DNA of 64,000 nt from Octopus vulgaris (lineage: Eukaryota). The position numbers were made by a program, and so were the translations under genes. Numbering within the stretch: the stretch's first letter is position 1; every line of letters begins with the position of its first letter. This document shows positions 28,664 to 41,769 of the stretch, one piece after another. The stretch lies in assembly GCA_951406725.2 (NCBI GenBank), contig OX597822.1, positions 30,256,001 to 30,320,000 on the forward strand, written 5' to 3'. The notes under the pieces are model-generated. The model was not told the DNA's origin. It ran no database searches and saw nothing but the letters and a program-made list of their open reading frames with translations.

Positions 28664-28704
28664 CTGTCCGACGAACGGGAACGTGAAACTCCGAGTAACA
28701 GGTT
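28662..28704 (+). ncRNA. Type-I hammerhead-like ribozyme with CCGACGA core (family H2; element extends to ~28806)
   Basis: ctgt-CCGACGA-[acg GGAA cgt]-GAAA-[ctc c gag]-TA-acag; predicted GUA cleavage after 28697; (TA)n on both sides of the element. Confidence 0.6.
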
Positions 28705-28804
28705 TTGTTGAATTTCTACTGCTTTTAAATAAAGCATATTTCACTACCCCTGGTATTTGAGTACTCTTTTTTTCCACCTTGTTTCACATTTATGTGTTTA
28801 CTCC

Positions 28805-28848
<44 letters not shown>

Positions 28849-28853
28849 GTGAA

Positions 28854-29040
28854 AATCAAAAGGGAAGAATATTTAGAAAAATTTCATACCAGTGGCAAAC
28901 ATGCGTAATAAAAGTCAATAGACTCATTTGTATAGAAATATTCTACACTTTTTATATATGAAAATATGAAGTATATTGCCATTTATTACACATGCTAGCC
29001 ATTGGTATGAATTTTTTCAAAATTTTCTACCCTTTTAATT
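28854..29040. repeat. Inverted repeat, ~75 bp arms
   Basis: aaaagggaagaatatttagaaaaatttcataccagtggc...taataaa pairs with tttatta...gccattggtatgaattttttcaaaattttctaccctttt. Confidence 0.75.
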
Positions 29041-29528
29041 ATATACCTGTAAGAAGTCTGATTTAAGTAGGCTTAGCTTCGTATTCATTTGAACTGTTCT
29101 TCTAATTGTGGAAGATTAACCCATGGGTGCACATTATGAAAGCACTTATCAGTGAAAGTGTAAAACGTATAGCATAAATATATTTCTGCAAACAGCATAG
29201 AAGGTGTGTTAACAGCCTTTTTACGAAGAGGTACTTATTGTTGTTTTTCTTTTAGCTGCACGTAAACACTGGTTGAACAAGCCTACAATAAAACGCTTTG
29301 CAGCGGTGACCGCCTTGTTATTTATTTATTCTTTTTTTAAAGTAGATTTGTGAAGATCAAGTGAATTTTAGCTGCTGAGTTTTGAAATACTTGTCCCTCG
29401 AATTTCTATGCCTCGCGATAAGGTAACGAATATGGAAACGGGGACAAAACTGTAACATCTAAAATTTTGTGGATAAAAATCATAATTTTCAAAATCGTAA
29501 ATTCTGATATATAAAACCAAGAAATAGG

Positions 29529-29571
<43 letters not shown>

Positions 29572-32500
29572 AGGAAATAAAGTTTTTTTTCCCTTCTTTC
29601 CACGAGGTATGAGATTATGGAATTTCAAGAGAACTACTGATCTAGAACTCTTCGAGTTTAGTTGCTATTTCTAGTAGATGTAGCTTTGTTTTCTCGTTTT
29701 GACTAAGTAGAATAGCGAAGTTAAAACTGATTGAGTGAACATCTCATCAAAGGCGTTTCAGCAATGGCCATCTCATCTATATTTTATATTTTAAACAATA
29801 GAGTGTAATATGGACAACATTTGGCTATTGTTTCTAGCAACTCGTGCTACTTCGTAGAGACTACTACATAATGGTGTGAGATGCTGGTGGCAAGTGTGAC
29901 GTGTTACAGTTTACAGTTTAATTAATATTAATATTAATCATATGCAGAAGGCAGAGAGCTGGCAGAATCATTACCGCGCTGGGTAAAATGCTTAGTTCTG
30001 AGTTCAAATTCCGCCAAGCTCGATTTTACCTTTCATCCTTTCGGGGTCAATAAAATAAGTATCAGTTGGACAATGGGATCGACTTAGCCCCTATTTTGCC
30101 ATCCTTGTGCCAAAATTTAAAATCAATATTGATTATATTTATTGAAAATTACTAGAGATTAGATTTGTTAATCGTCATTGAAGATTATAAAACATAGCGA
30201 AAAAATAAATAAAATAAAATACGCGTGTTTAAGTAAAGCTTACCTGAAACAATGATCTGATTTTCATATTCCACAAAACATTCCTGGGGAAATGACTTTT
30301 AATTCTAATTCAATTAAATTAATTTAAAAACTGCAATTAATAAGTACATAACTATCACTTGGTTCACAACCTTTCCGTTTTCCGTGTAGGTTATGGAAAC
30401 AGCTGTTGAGAAAATGAAGGTTTTCAAACACCAATAAGATTGCTATACTTTTCTGTTAATAGTCTGTTCAGAATATTCTTTTCACCCAGTTTTTAACTTT
30501 ATGAAATGCTATGTCTGTTCTCGCTATTGCTTTAAAGCAATAATATACCGGATTTTAACAGCGTTATAGAACTCAGTGCTTTTTTCTGTCGAAATGACAG
30601 ATGAGAATTTGTCCTGCCTAAAGATCGCAGTGGCGCGAAACTCAACTCACGAGATAAATTCTTAGCTTCAATTTCAATAAAACTCTTTTTTCCCTATATC
30701 CCTATCTCACTCCCCTTCTCTCGCCCTCTCTGTATGTGTGTGTGTGTATTTGTGCGTGTGTGTTGTAAATAGTGAAGGTGCATGGCCAAATGGTTCGGGT
30801 ATTCAGCTTACGATTATAAGGCTGTGATGTCGTTCCCCGGCGGTGCGTTTTGTCCTGAACAAGATGTCTTATTTCCCCTTATTCCAGTCTACTCAACAGG
30901 CGAAAATGTAATTCAAGGACCGGCCTTGTCACATTCTGTATCACGCTGAATCTTACTGCAAACTACGTTAAGTGTGCGCGTGTCTGTGGAGTGCTTAACC
31001 ACTTGCATGTTAATTTCTCGAGCAGGCTGTTCGATTGATCGAAGCAACTGGAACCCTCGTCATCGTAACCAACAGAGTGCCACTTATATACATATGCACG
31101 CCGTTGTTCGGGTAACATCTATATTCCTTCCTGTGCCTGTGAAATCTTGTATCCCTGCCGTTAGGCTCTATTTCCACACACGCCAGCTTAATTTAATTCG
31201 TCCTTAGTCGAAAGACACCTGTTGTTATGTCCTGTTATTTGTATTTGTGTAACATTCTCCGTTTTTTTTTCGTCCTTGTTTTCGTATACATTCGCTGTTT
31301 TCTTCCAAGGAATCTAATGCTCTTAGCTTAGTTTGGGGATGGCTAGATTGGAGCAATCTCGGCTATAACCAGCCGAAATTGCAAAGATAATCTGGAACTC
31401 GACTGAGGAAAGAAAACTCCGAATGACCCGTCCTTGTTTTCTTTGTATCGTCTATCTGGATGTTTTATCGTCCCTTTTTGTATCACCTAGCCGTTTCGAT
31501 ATTTTGAGTTCTTGTCCCATTTTGTATTATATATATATATCATTTACTGTCAAATTTATTCGTTTCTTACTACCAGTCTGTATTTCTGCACAAACATTCA
31601 AAGTTTGTCGTTACACAGACACAAGCATGCACGCACACACACATTGCTACTTACACATACAGACAGATATGCATACACAGCTCTATCAATAAATCACGCC
31701 GCTAGAGACACACATACACTCGCACACAGTTCACATGTATAAACACCCATCCATATTACACAGTTTTCCCATTTCGCACAGTCGCTGTTGGAAAACTTCA
31801 CGCTCTGTTGTTACAGCAGATCATTGATATAGAGCTAGTAATATTTATACTAAACGAAATATTTCACGCTCTATACGATCGACTTTATAAACTAGTGAAA
31901 GTCAGATCATATTTATGTAAAATAACAATATCATTACGTTTAATTACCTTTCAATATCGTAAGTTGCGGTATAAAAAGGACTTTGTACAACGGTGTAAAA
32001 ATTTCTTTTATTCACCTACGAACGTATGGGAACCGTATTCTTTAGACATAGTATCAAAGTATTAATACTGAATTTGGTATTTTTTCTTATTTGTTAAGCT
32101 TTACAAAATGTGATTCTCAACGGTGAACGGTGTAATTCCTTTATGTTATTTTACTTGTTATCGGCTGTTTTTATTGGAGTAACAGCGTCGGGGGCTTGAG
32201 TATATTCCTGTATTCTTAAGGCCTTAACGTGCCGAGCGACACGTACAAGTCTAAATAAGATATTAGTTTTAAAATGTTTCACGCCAAGCTGAATTTAAAA
32301 GAAGTATATAGAGCCTGAATTATAATGTGCATCAGCAGTTTTCAATGTGGATTTTAACATCTGTATTATATTCTACTATTTTGTAGGCTGAGTCACTGAG
32401 ACAACCACCCTAATCTCATCACTTTCTCTTCTCCTCTCTTTTTGTTTCTCTCTTTATGCGTCAGAATATCTCTATTTTAGTCTATTCAGTTTTCAGGGCT

Positions 32501-33550
32501 GAAACATTGAGACACCCTTTTCTCTCTCTCTCTTTCTCTGTTGCTCTTCCATTTTGTCATGTGCCACAACTACAGACTTCCGTGATCATGGACGTCCATG
32601 CCAGAACTTGATACATGAATTTTCTTGAGATAAGTGCAGCAAGGGTTTCCTGTTGCTTTGTGCCAGTTTACTTATGATTCATTCTGCTGGTCTCTTGCTG
32701 TTCCGAGTTCAGATTTGAGGGAGTCGGTCTCAGTACTTGACTTGTACCTTATTTTCATCAGTTTCAAAAGCACAACTTAACCCTGGCGTGACTTGAACGT
32801 AAAGAGGTTGGCCGTATATTGTAAAGCTAGTTTGTCTCCGACGCTCAAGTGATTTTTCCAAGTCGTTACTCTGAACTATTAGAATATATTAACCTGTAAT
32901 ATTTAAATACAATTTCAGTTGAACTATATGTAATCATTTCTTCCTCTGCCTTTTGCAGTCATGGGATCGATTCCCACTAAGTCTTGGATCCATTTCCCAG
33001 CTGAACGAGTTTGAAAGTTTCTCTTTACTTTAGTTATCTCACGAACATTGTAATTTACCATGTTTGCTTCCACCGTAAATCTGATAATTTCTGCCTAATT
33101 AAGTAATCATGCAATAATTTTCAGTGGATTCTCACTGTTGAAATCAGGACGCATTTCCTTCCTATGGTTTGCAGAGTGAATAACTTAGGAAAATATTCAA
33201 ATAGCAGCCAAATTTCCTTTCCCTTATGAGGACGCTCACGAGAAAAGTATTGCAACAAAGATTATAAATTAACATAATTATTTCAAATTAGATGTTCTGC
33301 GGTTTCCTAGATAGCGTTAAACACTCAAAATTAAGATTCTGGTTTCGTTTTCCCTTTAAGTCTACTTCTCTTCCTTATTTAATCACTAATAATCATGTAG
33401 AAGTCTGAATTCCACAACTAGTACTTCTCTTATTCTCACGTATATGGTCAGGCCATTTGCATCTACCCGTATGCTGTAACAAAAGCCATTCCAAGTACTT
33501 ATTTTGAGACGTTGGGTACCACTAGAAAAATGCTGTTTAGTGTAAAATAG

Positions 33551-33976
33551 GGATCTTTTCGGTTTGAACGGCAGTTTTTTCTAGCGGTGTCATATGAAAT
33601 TGCCACCCATTATTATGACTCTAGTATCGATCTATTGCATTTCAATCTGTTTTAGGGTTAGGGTTAGTTAGGGTTAGGGGTGGGGGAAGGGTATCTTCTT
33701 TTCTTCACAAATGTAAATAAACTCAATCTGTTTCTTAAATGAGGGACATATTCATACGGCACAGAATGTTGTTTACCTCAATGGACGTCATTGATTGGTT
33801 GAAATTGCTGAAATTGAAAAAAAACAAAAACAAATATGTTACAAACTATAGAATTTTCTCAATAAAGCCAAGAGAAAAATATGTTTTATAAACACATTCT
33901 AACAGTATACGAAGTTTAAAATCTTTTAGTTACCTAGAAATTACGTTAAAAACTGCCGTTCAAACCGAAAAGATCC
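33551..33976. mobile_element. 426 bp MITE with perfect 29 bp TIRs, 8 bp TSD and internal TTAGGG repeats
   Basis: TAAAATAG|ggatcttttcggtttgaacggcagttttt ... aaaaactgccgttcaaaccgaaaagatcc|TAAAATAG. Confidence 0.95.
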
Positions 33977-36255
33977 TAAAATAGTCTCAGGAGATTAAGA
34001 GGAAAAAAGATTATCTGAGGCCAACATTACGAATTGAACATCACCATTGTTTAATTGACGAGTTGACATGATTTTTGTCACTCGAGCAAAGTAGAATTTA
34101 TAAACTAATGCACCAGAGAAGTTAAGGGATCAATGTTACCAACAAATCCTTTACTCAAAGTTTCTGGGCTTGTAGCTAAATTAGAAACAATTATTAACTT
34201 ATTGGAATATTTCTGGTGATGATGCCAGTATGGTTTTATATGGTATATATGGTAGATTGACCTTGTTCTGTAAACTAATTCTATGCTCGTAATATGAATC
34301 TGCTAATGTAGAATCCAGATAGTTATTTTGAAAACAAGCATCCTGAATGTAAATTCACTTCTGTGAGATAGGTTAGAGTTTACATTTACTGTTGCGATGA
34401 AATTAACATATTCTAATTAACTGAAAACCATCCTGTTTGATTTTTAATTACGGGTAAATTAATTTCTTAATGAAGGAACGTAGTCACCTATTTATTAAAA
34501 GAGGAAGGAATTACAGATAAAGTTCATGCCTTTCTCAAAAGAACGGGTACCATAAAGGAAACTACTAAAATCAGAAAATCGAAATGATGTGAGTGGATGG
34601 AGACATTTTACATTAATAAAGGAAAATTGCTTCTTTACATTCTCATACAAAATACATCGTTTGTATTTTTATATTTTCATTTTTTATGTTACGATTTCAA
34701 ACTGTTGTTGACAAACCTGGAAGAAAAAAATTACAATAATATAATGCGATGCATTTATTATAAGGGAAATGTAAAACACAGATTTCTGCTAAAGGCACAC
34801 GGCCTGGAATTTTGTGGGAGGCACTAGTCGATTACACCGACCTCAATGCTTGATTGGTGCTTATTTTATTGTCCCCGAAAGGGGGAAAAGCAAAGTTGAC
34901 TTCGGTGGAGTTTGAACTCAGAACGTAAACACGGAGTAAATGCCACTAACCAGTTTGTCCGGTGTGCTAACGATTCTGCCAACTTGCCACATTAACAAAG
35001 GCTAATAGTGAAGACCATTAGTACGAACAGCTAGCGCTCACTCGCTCGCAAGCAATTATGGCTATGTAACATATATGATACTTTCGCTAGTTGTTTTAGG
35101 TGCTTATGTAATCATGAGCAGACATAGACATTTTATCGGGTCCCACCCCACTCGAAGTGCATCTTCCAAGATATGACAGCTGAAGAGAGTGAGAGAGTGG
35201 GGAGTTGCATCATTTCCAGTTGAGTTGACTGAACCAACCTGAAATGTATTGCCTTGCTCAAAAACAAATCGCACATTGGCTCGTTTCCATCCCAGTAATC
35301 TAGCGGTTCGACAGAAACTCCTGATAGAGTAAGTATCGGACTTAAAATAAGTACTGGGGCCAATTTGTTCAACATAAGGTGGTGCTCCAATATGGCCGCT
35401 GTCCAATTGCTGGAATAAGTTATATACTAGTATAATAGAATGTACAAAGTCCTTAACTTACGTAAATAATTATCATAGTCAAAACACATCCTGACAAAAT
35501 ACTTTTTTTACTTCTATAATATGTTTAACGGTGCTCCAGCATGACCGCAGCCACATGGCTGAAACAAGTAAAAGAATAAAAGAATTGACGTAAATTTGAT
35601 CTCCGGCACAAGGCATACAAGGAAACTTTTAGTATCAACGTAAGATAGGAAAAAATCTAATTAAGTTGATAATCTATATTAATTAGTCTACCTGACGTTC
35701 ATTAGGGCCGTCGTTAATTTGACTTTCATGTCGTTATTCTAAATTTAACTTTAAAAGAGTCTATTGTAATTACAAAGAAATTAACAAGTATTTAAGATGT
35801 CAATGTGAAGCATGCCTGGCAAATGTAGGTTCCTTAAATGAAATCTAAGACAAGTGCTTATAATCCTTTTTTATTTTACTGGTGAACCACAAGTATTCGT
35901 ATTATTGATTCTATAAACGTTAAACAACTCATAAATAATTCCATTTTAAATTCATGAAAGGCAGCGGCGAACTGGCAGAATCGTTAGAACATCGGAATAA
36001 ATGCACTATCTGTTCTGAGTTCAATTCCTACTACTACAAACAATAATAATGGTTTCAAATTTTGATGATGGGGTCAAAAGTTTTTGAGGGGAGGGATAAG
36101 TCGATTACATTAAACCCAGTGCTTGATTGATACTTATTTTACCGACCCCGAGGGAATGAAAGGCAAAGTTGACCCCTGCAAAATTGCTTTGAATTGCCCG
36201 TGTCTGATTTTACTATTTAGTCCCAATATAATTCTTACCATTTTCTACATTGCAG

Positions 36256-36369
36256 ATCACAATGAAATCAATTGAATCAAAACTTATTCAGGAAGACGAC
36301 GGCAGTTTAATGTCCCCTGCAAGCATGTCGAAAGTCAAGGAATGTTCAGAGTGGGCCGAAAAAAGACAG
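36256..36369 (+). CDS. Exon of a plakin/spectrin-repeat-like protein gene (possible start ATG at 36262)
   Basis: ttttctacattgcag|ATC...AGACAG|gtaaaa; 114 nt, phase 0-0, open: ITMKSIESKLIQEDDGSLMSPASMSKVKECSEWAEKRQ. ECxxW resembles helix A of plakin spectrin repeats (recalled desmoplakin ECLGW, Shot ECIEW). Confidence 0.75.
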
Positions 36370-37150
36370 GTAAAATTTGTATGAAATATGTCTCGAGAAT
36401 GTGTGTCTGCGTGTGTAGTATATATGTGTTTGTGTGTGTTAGTGTGTGTGCGTGTGTGGTGAGTGAGTGTGTGCATGTGTGTGCGCGCATGGGTACATGT
36501 ATATGTGTGTGGGATGTATGAATGCATACAAGTGTGTGCTGAGGGCGCATGGCCTAGTGGTTTGGGTGTTGGACTTACGATCGCGAGATTGTAGTTTCAA
36601 CTCCTGGACCAGGTACTGCGTCGTGTCCTTGAGCAAAACACTTATTACTAATATACTTCGAAGATATGAAACATTGTTACTTCCTATTAGGTTCTTTTCT
36701 TTTCAAAAGGGCTCGACACCAAGCCAAAACATATAAATGCCATTTCCCATTCAACTCTAATTTTGGATGTGGCCCACCCAAGTTATGAACTTTTAGCGTC
36801 ATGAAAGTTTAGTTTTCTTCAGCATGACCTTCCAACTGCTGATTAATTCCTGTATACTGTACTGTAGCCGGACTAGTAAACTACAGTTTATAAACAACTT
36901 CCTTGAAAATATTCCCAGGATGTATTCAGCTACAAAAAAACCATAAAAAATATCTATTAAAAGAGCAAAGGACACACTTGGCCAACTCATAACATTCTTA
37001 TTTCAATTATTGCTACGTCCTTGTCAAAAGGGTCTTGCCTAACATTTCTCAATTCACCTTCTCTGTAAAATGATACAAAAATCCATTCACATTCGATCCT
37101 GTTCTTTTTACTTCAGCTCCATTCGACATAACACTGTATATATATATATA

Positions 37151-37359
<209 letters not shown>

Positions 37360-37829
37360 TTTGTTTCTGTAGATCACTCTTCCTAAACTTGTCTTTGCAT
37401 AGACTCTTTGTGTTACCACTTCATGGGTCTCCACAGAGTACAGACCACGAACGGCTATTTAATCATGCTGAAAATCAATAGACTCTTTCTTCTTATATAA
37501 TTCGTCCTGTACGGCTGCTTTCCCTCTAGAATCCAACAGATTTGTAACTAGTTAAAAGAAACCATACACGTGGCGTGCTCCTGAAAGCAGAGTCAATCCC
37601 TTCCCTTCTAGGTTAAGTTAATGCGGGACTGGTAGTTTGAATTTTTTATCAAAGAATACAGAAGAAGCATATAATACTTAATATTTCTTTTCCCTTCACA
37701 TTATAATGACCTTAAAATTTTCAGTCGTTGTTAGCCACGTACAGAACTTTTCATCTTTATTTAGAATCGTCAGCACGCCATAACAGAAAAAAGAAACCAG
37801 CGCTGTAAGAATAAAGTTCGAACTACTTA

Positions 37830-38277
37830 TGGCGAAAGCCGAGCTGACTGAACCATTAGTGTCGGAAAAAATGCCATGTATTTGTTACGGTTCTTTATGT
37901 TCTAAGTTCAAATCCCTTCGAAGTCACATTTGCTTTTCGTTCCCCCAGAGTCGATCCCAGTCGATTATTAGAGTCGATGAAATCAACTACCACCTCCATT
38001 GATATTATTGCCCTTGCCTTGCGTCTAAATTGGTTTCAAATTTTGGCACAAGGCAATTAATATTGGTAGGAGGAGTTAAGGCGATTACAGCAACCCTGGT
38101 GCTTAACTGATGTTTATTTTATCAATACCGAAAGAATGAAAGACAAAGTTGACCTAGTCGAAATTTGATCTCAGAACGTAAAGACGTACAAAATGCCGCT
38201 AAGCATTTTGCCTGGTGTGCTAACGATTCTGCTAACTCGCTGCCTTACCTTGTGTTTAAATAAAAAAAACCATTATT
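37830..38277. mobile_element. Old SINE A (+) with a second SINE A (-) inserted in its tail
   Basis: Minus copy 38031-38246 is flanked by ccttg(c/t)gt(c/t)taaat at 38017-38030 and 38248-38261; the remaining tail aaaccattatt abuts the exon acceptor. Confidence 0.7.
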
Positions 38278-38286
38278 TAATTTCAG

Positions 38287-38415
38287 GATATGGTGGGAGG
38301 CACGCCTTTCGGAACAAACAATGCATGTGTTCATGAAGCCATGGAAAATATGAGGTCTCGCTGTAAAGATATCAGAAAAGAAGAGTCTCAGTACAGAGAT
38401 TTCTTGAACAGCCAG
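38287..38415 (+). CDS. Next exon of the plakin/spectrin-repeat-like gene
   Basis: taatttcag|GAT...AGCCAG|gtaagt; 129 nt, phase 0-0, only frame 0 open: DMVGGTPFGTNNACVHEAMENMRSRCKDIRKEESQYRDFLNSQ. Joined to the previous exon it gives W-x-E-xx-Q-xx-V-x-G-xx-FG-x5-V-x7-R-x5-I, the spacing of plectin WVEENQHRVDGAEWGVDLPSVEAQLGSHRGLHQSI (recalled from memory). Confidence 0.8.
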
Positions 38416-38476
38416 GTAAGTAATGTATATAGTTTAGAATGTGGCCGTAGTGGAGCATCACCTTGTAGGTGATGTA

Positions 38477-38865
38477 GTGGAGGCGCAATGGCCCAGTGGT
38501 TAGGGCAGCGGACTCGCGGTCGTAGGATCGCGGTTTCGATTCCCAGACCGGGCGTTGTGAGTGTTTATTGAGCGAAAACACCTAAAAGCTCCACGAGGCT
38601 CCGGCAGGGGATTGTGGTGATCCCTGCTGTACTCTTTCACCACAACTTTCTCTCACTCTTACTTCCTGTTTCTGTTGTACCTGTATTTCAAAGGGCCGGC
38701 CTTGTCACTCTCTGTGTCACGCTGAATATCCACGAGAACTACGTTAAGGGTACACGTGTCTGTGGAGTGCTCAGCCACTTACACGTTAATTTAACGAGCA
38801 GGCTGTTCCGTTGATCGGATCAACCGGAACCCTCATCGTCGTAACCGACGGAGTGCTTCCTTCCC
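38477..38865 (+). mobile_element. Full-length young SINE C (head C1, tail t2), 13 bp TSD, nested in an old SINE B (-)
   Basis: TSD tgtaggtgatgta at 38464-38476 and 38866-38878; the flanks continue a SINE B remnant from ~38430 to ~39240. Confidence 0.9.
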
Positions 38866-39814
38866 TGTAGGTGATGTACCAAGTGCCTATAAGAAAAACA
38901 AAACAACCCCTCACCCCCACACAAAAAAAACAAACAAACAAAAAAACCATCGACCATAGTCAATATTTTTAAAGAATGATACTTATTCTATCGGTGCCAT
39001 TTACCGAACCGCTGTTTTACGGAGAAATAAACAAATTAACTCCGGTTATCAAGCGCGCACGAACTCACACACTCTCTCCATATATATATATATATACATG
39101 ACGGGCTCTTCTGTATTCCAGATACACTCACAAGGCATTGATCGGCCCGGAGCTATAGCTAAAGGCGTATGCCTGCCTAAGGTGCCACGCAGTGAGATTG
39201 AACCCAAAACGACGTGGTAGCAAAACGAACTTCTTAACCGTATAGATGTTCTTGCGCGTGTAGTACTTGCAGGTGTCTTTATCATTCAGTTTTATCTTCA
39301 TCATTTTATCCGAATTAAACCTTGTTTTCATTCATCCGGGAGTTATTAAAATGGCTTGTAATAAAATAACAGAGATAGATTCAATCGACTCTACACTTCC
39401 CATTCTATAAATGTTATGTCTAAGTAATAAATCACTAATCACTAATTAGTTACCTAACTTTAAATAAAAGAGCCAAGTTTTTATTGCCCCGAACACAATA
39501 GTTCGCACGGATACTGCACGGTAACACTATCTTCATTCACTATTTTCCTATTGTTGTGTTCAATATTATCCTCATTAATAAAACATTAACAAAGTCTCAC
39601 TCAACCAGATGCATTTACTTGAAAACAGAAATAAAAATTACATTCGGGACATTACAGAAGATAGAGAGTTTGAACCTACATATTGCAGGTTCATTAATTG
39701 CATTTTACTTGTCCAATTCATTGGACTGCGGCCATGCTGAAGCACTGCCTTGAAGGGTTTTAGTCGAAAAAATTGATCCCATTATTTGATTAATTTCTTA
39801 AAATAGCTGGTAAT

Positions 39815-40064
39815 TATTCTATCGGTTTCTTTTGCCGGAGTGCTAATTTACGTGACGTAAACAAGCCATCATCGGTCGTCCAGCAGTGGTGGAGGGATGA
39901 GTAGAAACAAAATTATGGTCACTTATAGGTATATATATATATTAATATACATATGAGTGACCGCCTTTATGTTTCTGCTCATCCCTCCACCATTATTGGA
40001 CGACCGATAATGGCTTGTTTACGTCATGTAACTTAGCAGTTCGGCTAATGAAACCGATAGAATA
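39815..40064. repeat. Fold-back inversion inside a SINE B copy (~120 bp arms, ~10 nt loop)
   Basis: tgacgtaaacaagccatcatcggtcgtccagcagtggtggagggatgag pairs with ctcatccctccaccattattggacgaccgataatggcttgtttacgtca. Confidence 0.85.
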
Positions 40065-40410
40065 TGTATGTACCTGTGTGTGTGTATATATATATACCAC
40101 AAGTTTCTTTCAGTTTCCGCCCATCAATTCCACTACTCTCAAGGCTTTGGTCAGCACAAGGTTATCGTACAAGACTCTCGCCCAAGGTGCTATGCAGTGG
40201 AACTGAACAGGAAAACATGTGGTTGACGAGCAATCTTTTTACCACACCGCTAAGCCACGTCAGCGATGGAACTATATTTAGGCTGTCTTTACATACATAA
40301 AGCAAAATATACAAATCTGCACATATACATACATACATACATGCATACATACATACATACATACATACATACATACATACATACATACATACATACATAC
40401 ATACATACAT

Positions 40411-40523
40411 AGAAAAATACTCTGTTGTTGATGTTGAAATTCCAATGAAGGAGCCTTGAATCTTGGTTAGGAATCGGTTCTTTCTCTATTGGCAAGAAAT
40501 CTTGAAATAAAACTGAACAATGC
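40411..40523 (+). mobile_element. 3'UTR-only insertion of the (TACA)n-associated RLE element
   Basis: caatgaaggagccttg and the terminal actgaa..atg.catacata are shared with 8611-8690 (-); embedded in (TACA)n. Confidence 0.7.
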
Positions 40524-40736
40524 CATACATACATACATAGAGGAGTAAATGTAAGGAAAAGCAAGCTAGGCAAGTCGACATACAAAAAATACTACATACA
40601 TTTAATACAAAATATGTACCTGTGTATACAAATAAAACGACCATTTTACACAGGATAGCATTTACTCCCCTACCTGCTCAAGTTCAAATCTCTTGAGCAC
40701 TAGGAAGTGCATTCTATACACGCACATGTATTCTAT

Positions 40737-40777
<41 letters not shown>

Positions 40778-41539
40778 CGTATTCTATATACATACATGCC
40801 TGCATGCATACATATATGCCTGCAGGCATATATGCATGCATACATCATACATATATATATATATGACATACATATATGCATACATACATACATGCATACA
40901 TACATGCATACATGCATGAATGCATATATAAATACATGCATGCATACATAATACTCATATACACACATGGACACACGCATGCGTACACACACACAAACAC
41001 ACACGTGCGTACACACACACACACACACAGACACAAACACACAAAACCAGTGAACCGTGACTTCGGGTGTGGTTGCTGCTGAATTTCAGAACAATTATCA
41101 ATATTCGAGGCAAAACTAATCGAACTGGTTTATTTTGAGTAAAGACAAGCAAGGTTAACTTTCGCTTGCACCGGTGTGCATTGGAGGAAATCAACATAAA
41201 TATATGCACTATATGCACTTATTCATACACGCACGCATACATACTTACATACATATTTACATACATGCATACATACAGGCATACAATATATAAATATATA
41301 TATATATATGTATATGCGCATATGTTTGTATGTTTGTATGTATTTGTGTATTATGTAACAAGGAAGAAATCTCCCCAAAACATCCTGGTTGTATTTTATT
41401 TTTAAACCAAGAACGATGAGAGGTACGAAATAGTATAGACATACGCCCAGTTAGTTAGTCAGCATAATAATCATACAGTTACAGTTTCCCGAATACCCAG
41501 TGTTGCCCGCCAAAAAGCTCTTCGTCTAGCAACTATCTG

Positions 41540-41769
41540 TTTCTTTATTGCCCACAAGGGGCTAAACATAAAGGGGACAATCAAGGACAGACAAAGGGAT
41601 TAAGTCGATTACATCGACCCCAGTGCGTAACTGGTACTTAATTTATCGATCCCGAAAGGATGAATGGCAAAGTCGACCTCGGCGGAATTTGAACTCACAA
41701 CGTAACGGCAGACGAAATACTGCTAAGCATTTCGCCCGGCGTGCTAACGTTTCTGCCAGCTCGCCGCCT
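41540..41769 (-). mobile_element. Full-length SINE A (CpGs intact)
   Basis: Complete from head to tail; caactat is duplicated at the flanks. Confidence 0.9.

Noticed and set aside
30390-30419. Possible 30 nt micro-exon (VMETAVEKMK)
   Set aside because: Donor gttttc is poor; could occur by chance.
31100-31530. Repeat-like segment with a hairpin and ctgagga...gaat, a possible hammerhead
   Set aside because: GAAA is replaced by GAAT and stems I/III cannot be drawn convincingly.
32959-33008. Possible upstream coding exon (ttttgcag|tcATGGGATCG...CGA|gtttga; MGSIPTKSWIHFPAER, phase 0)
   Set aside because: Good acceptor and compatible phase, but a weak donor and no recognisable homology; needs RNA-seq.
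33652-33686. TTAGGG repeats as a chromosome end or fusion scar
   Set aside because: Only about four units, and they lie inside a TIR/TSD-bounded MITE.
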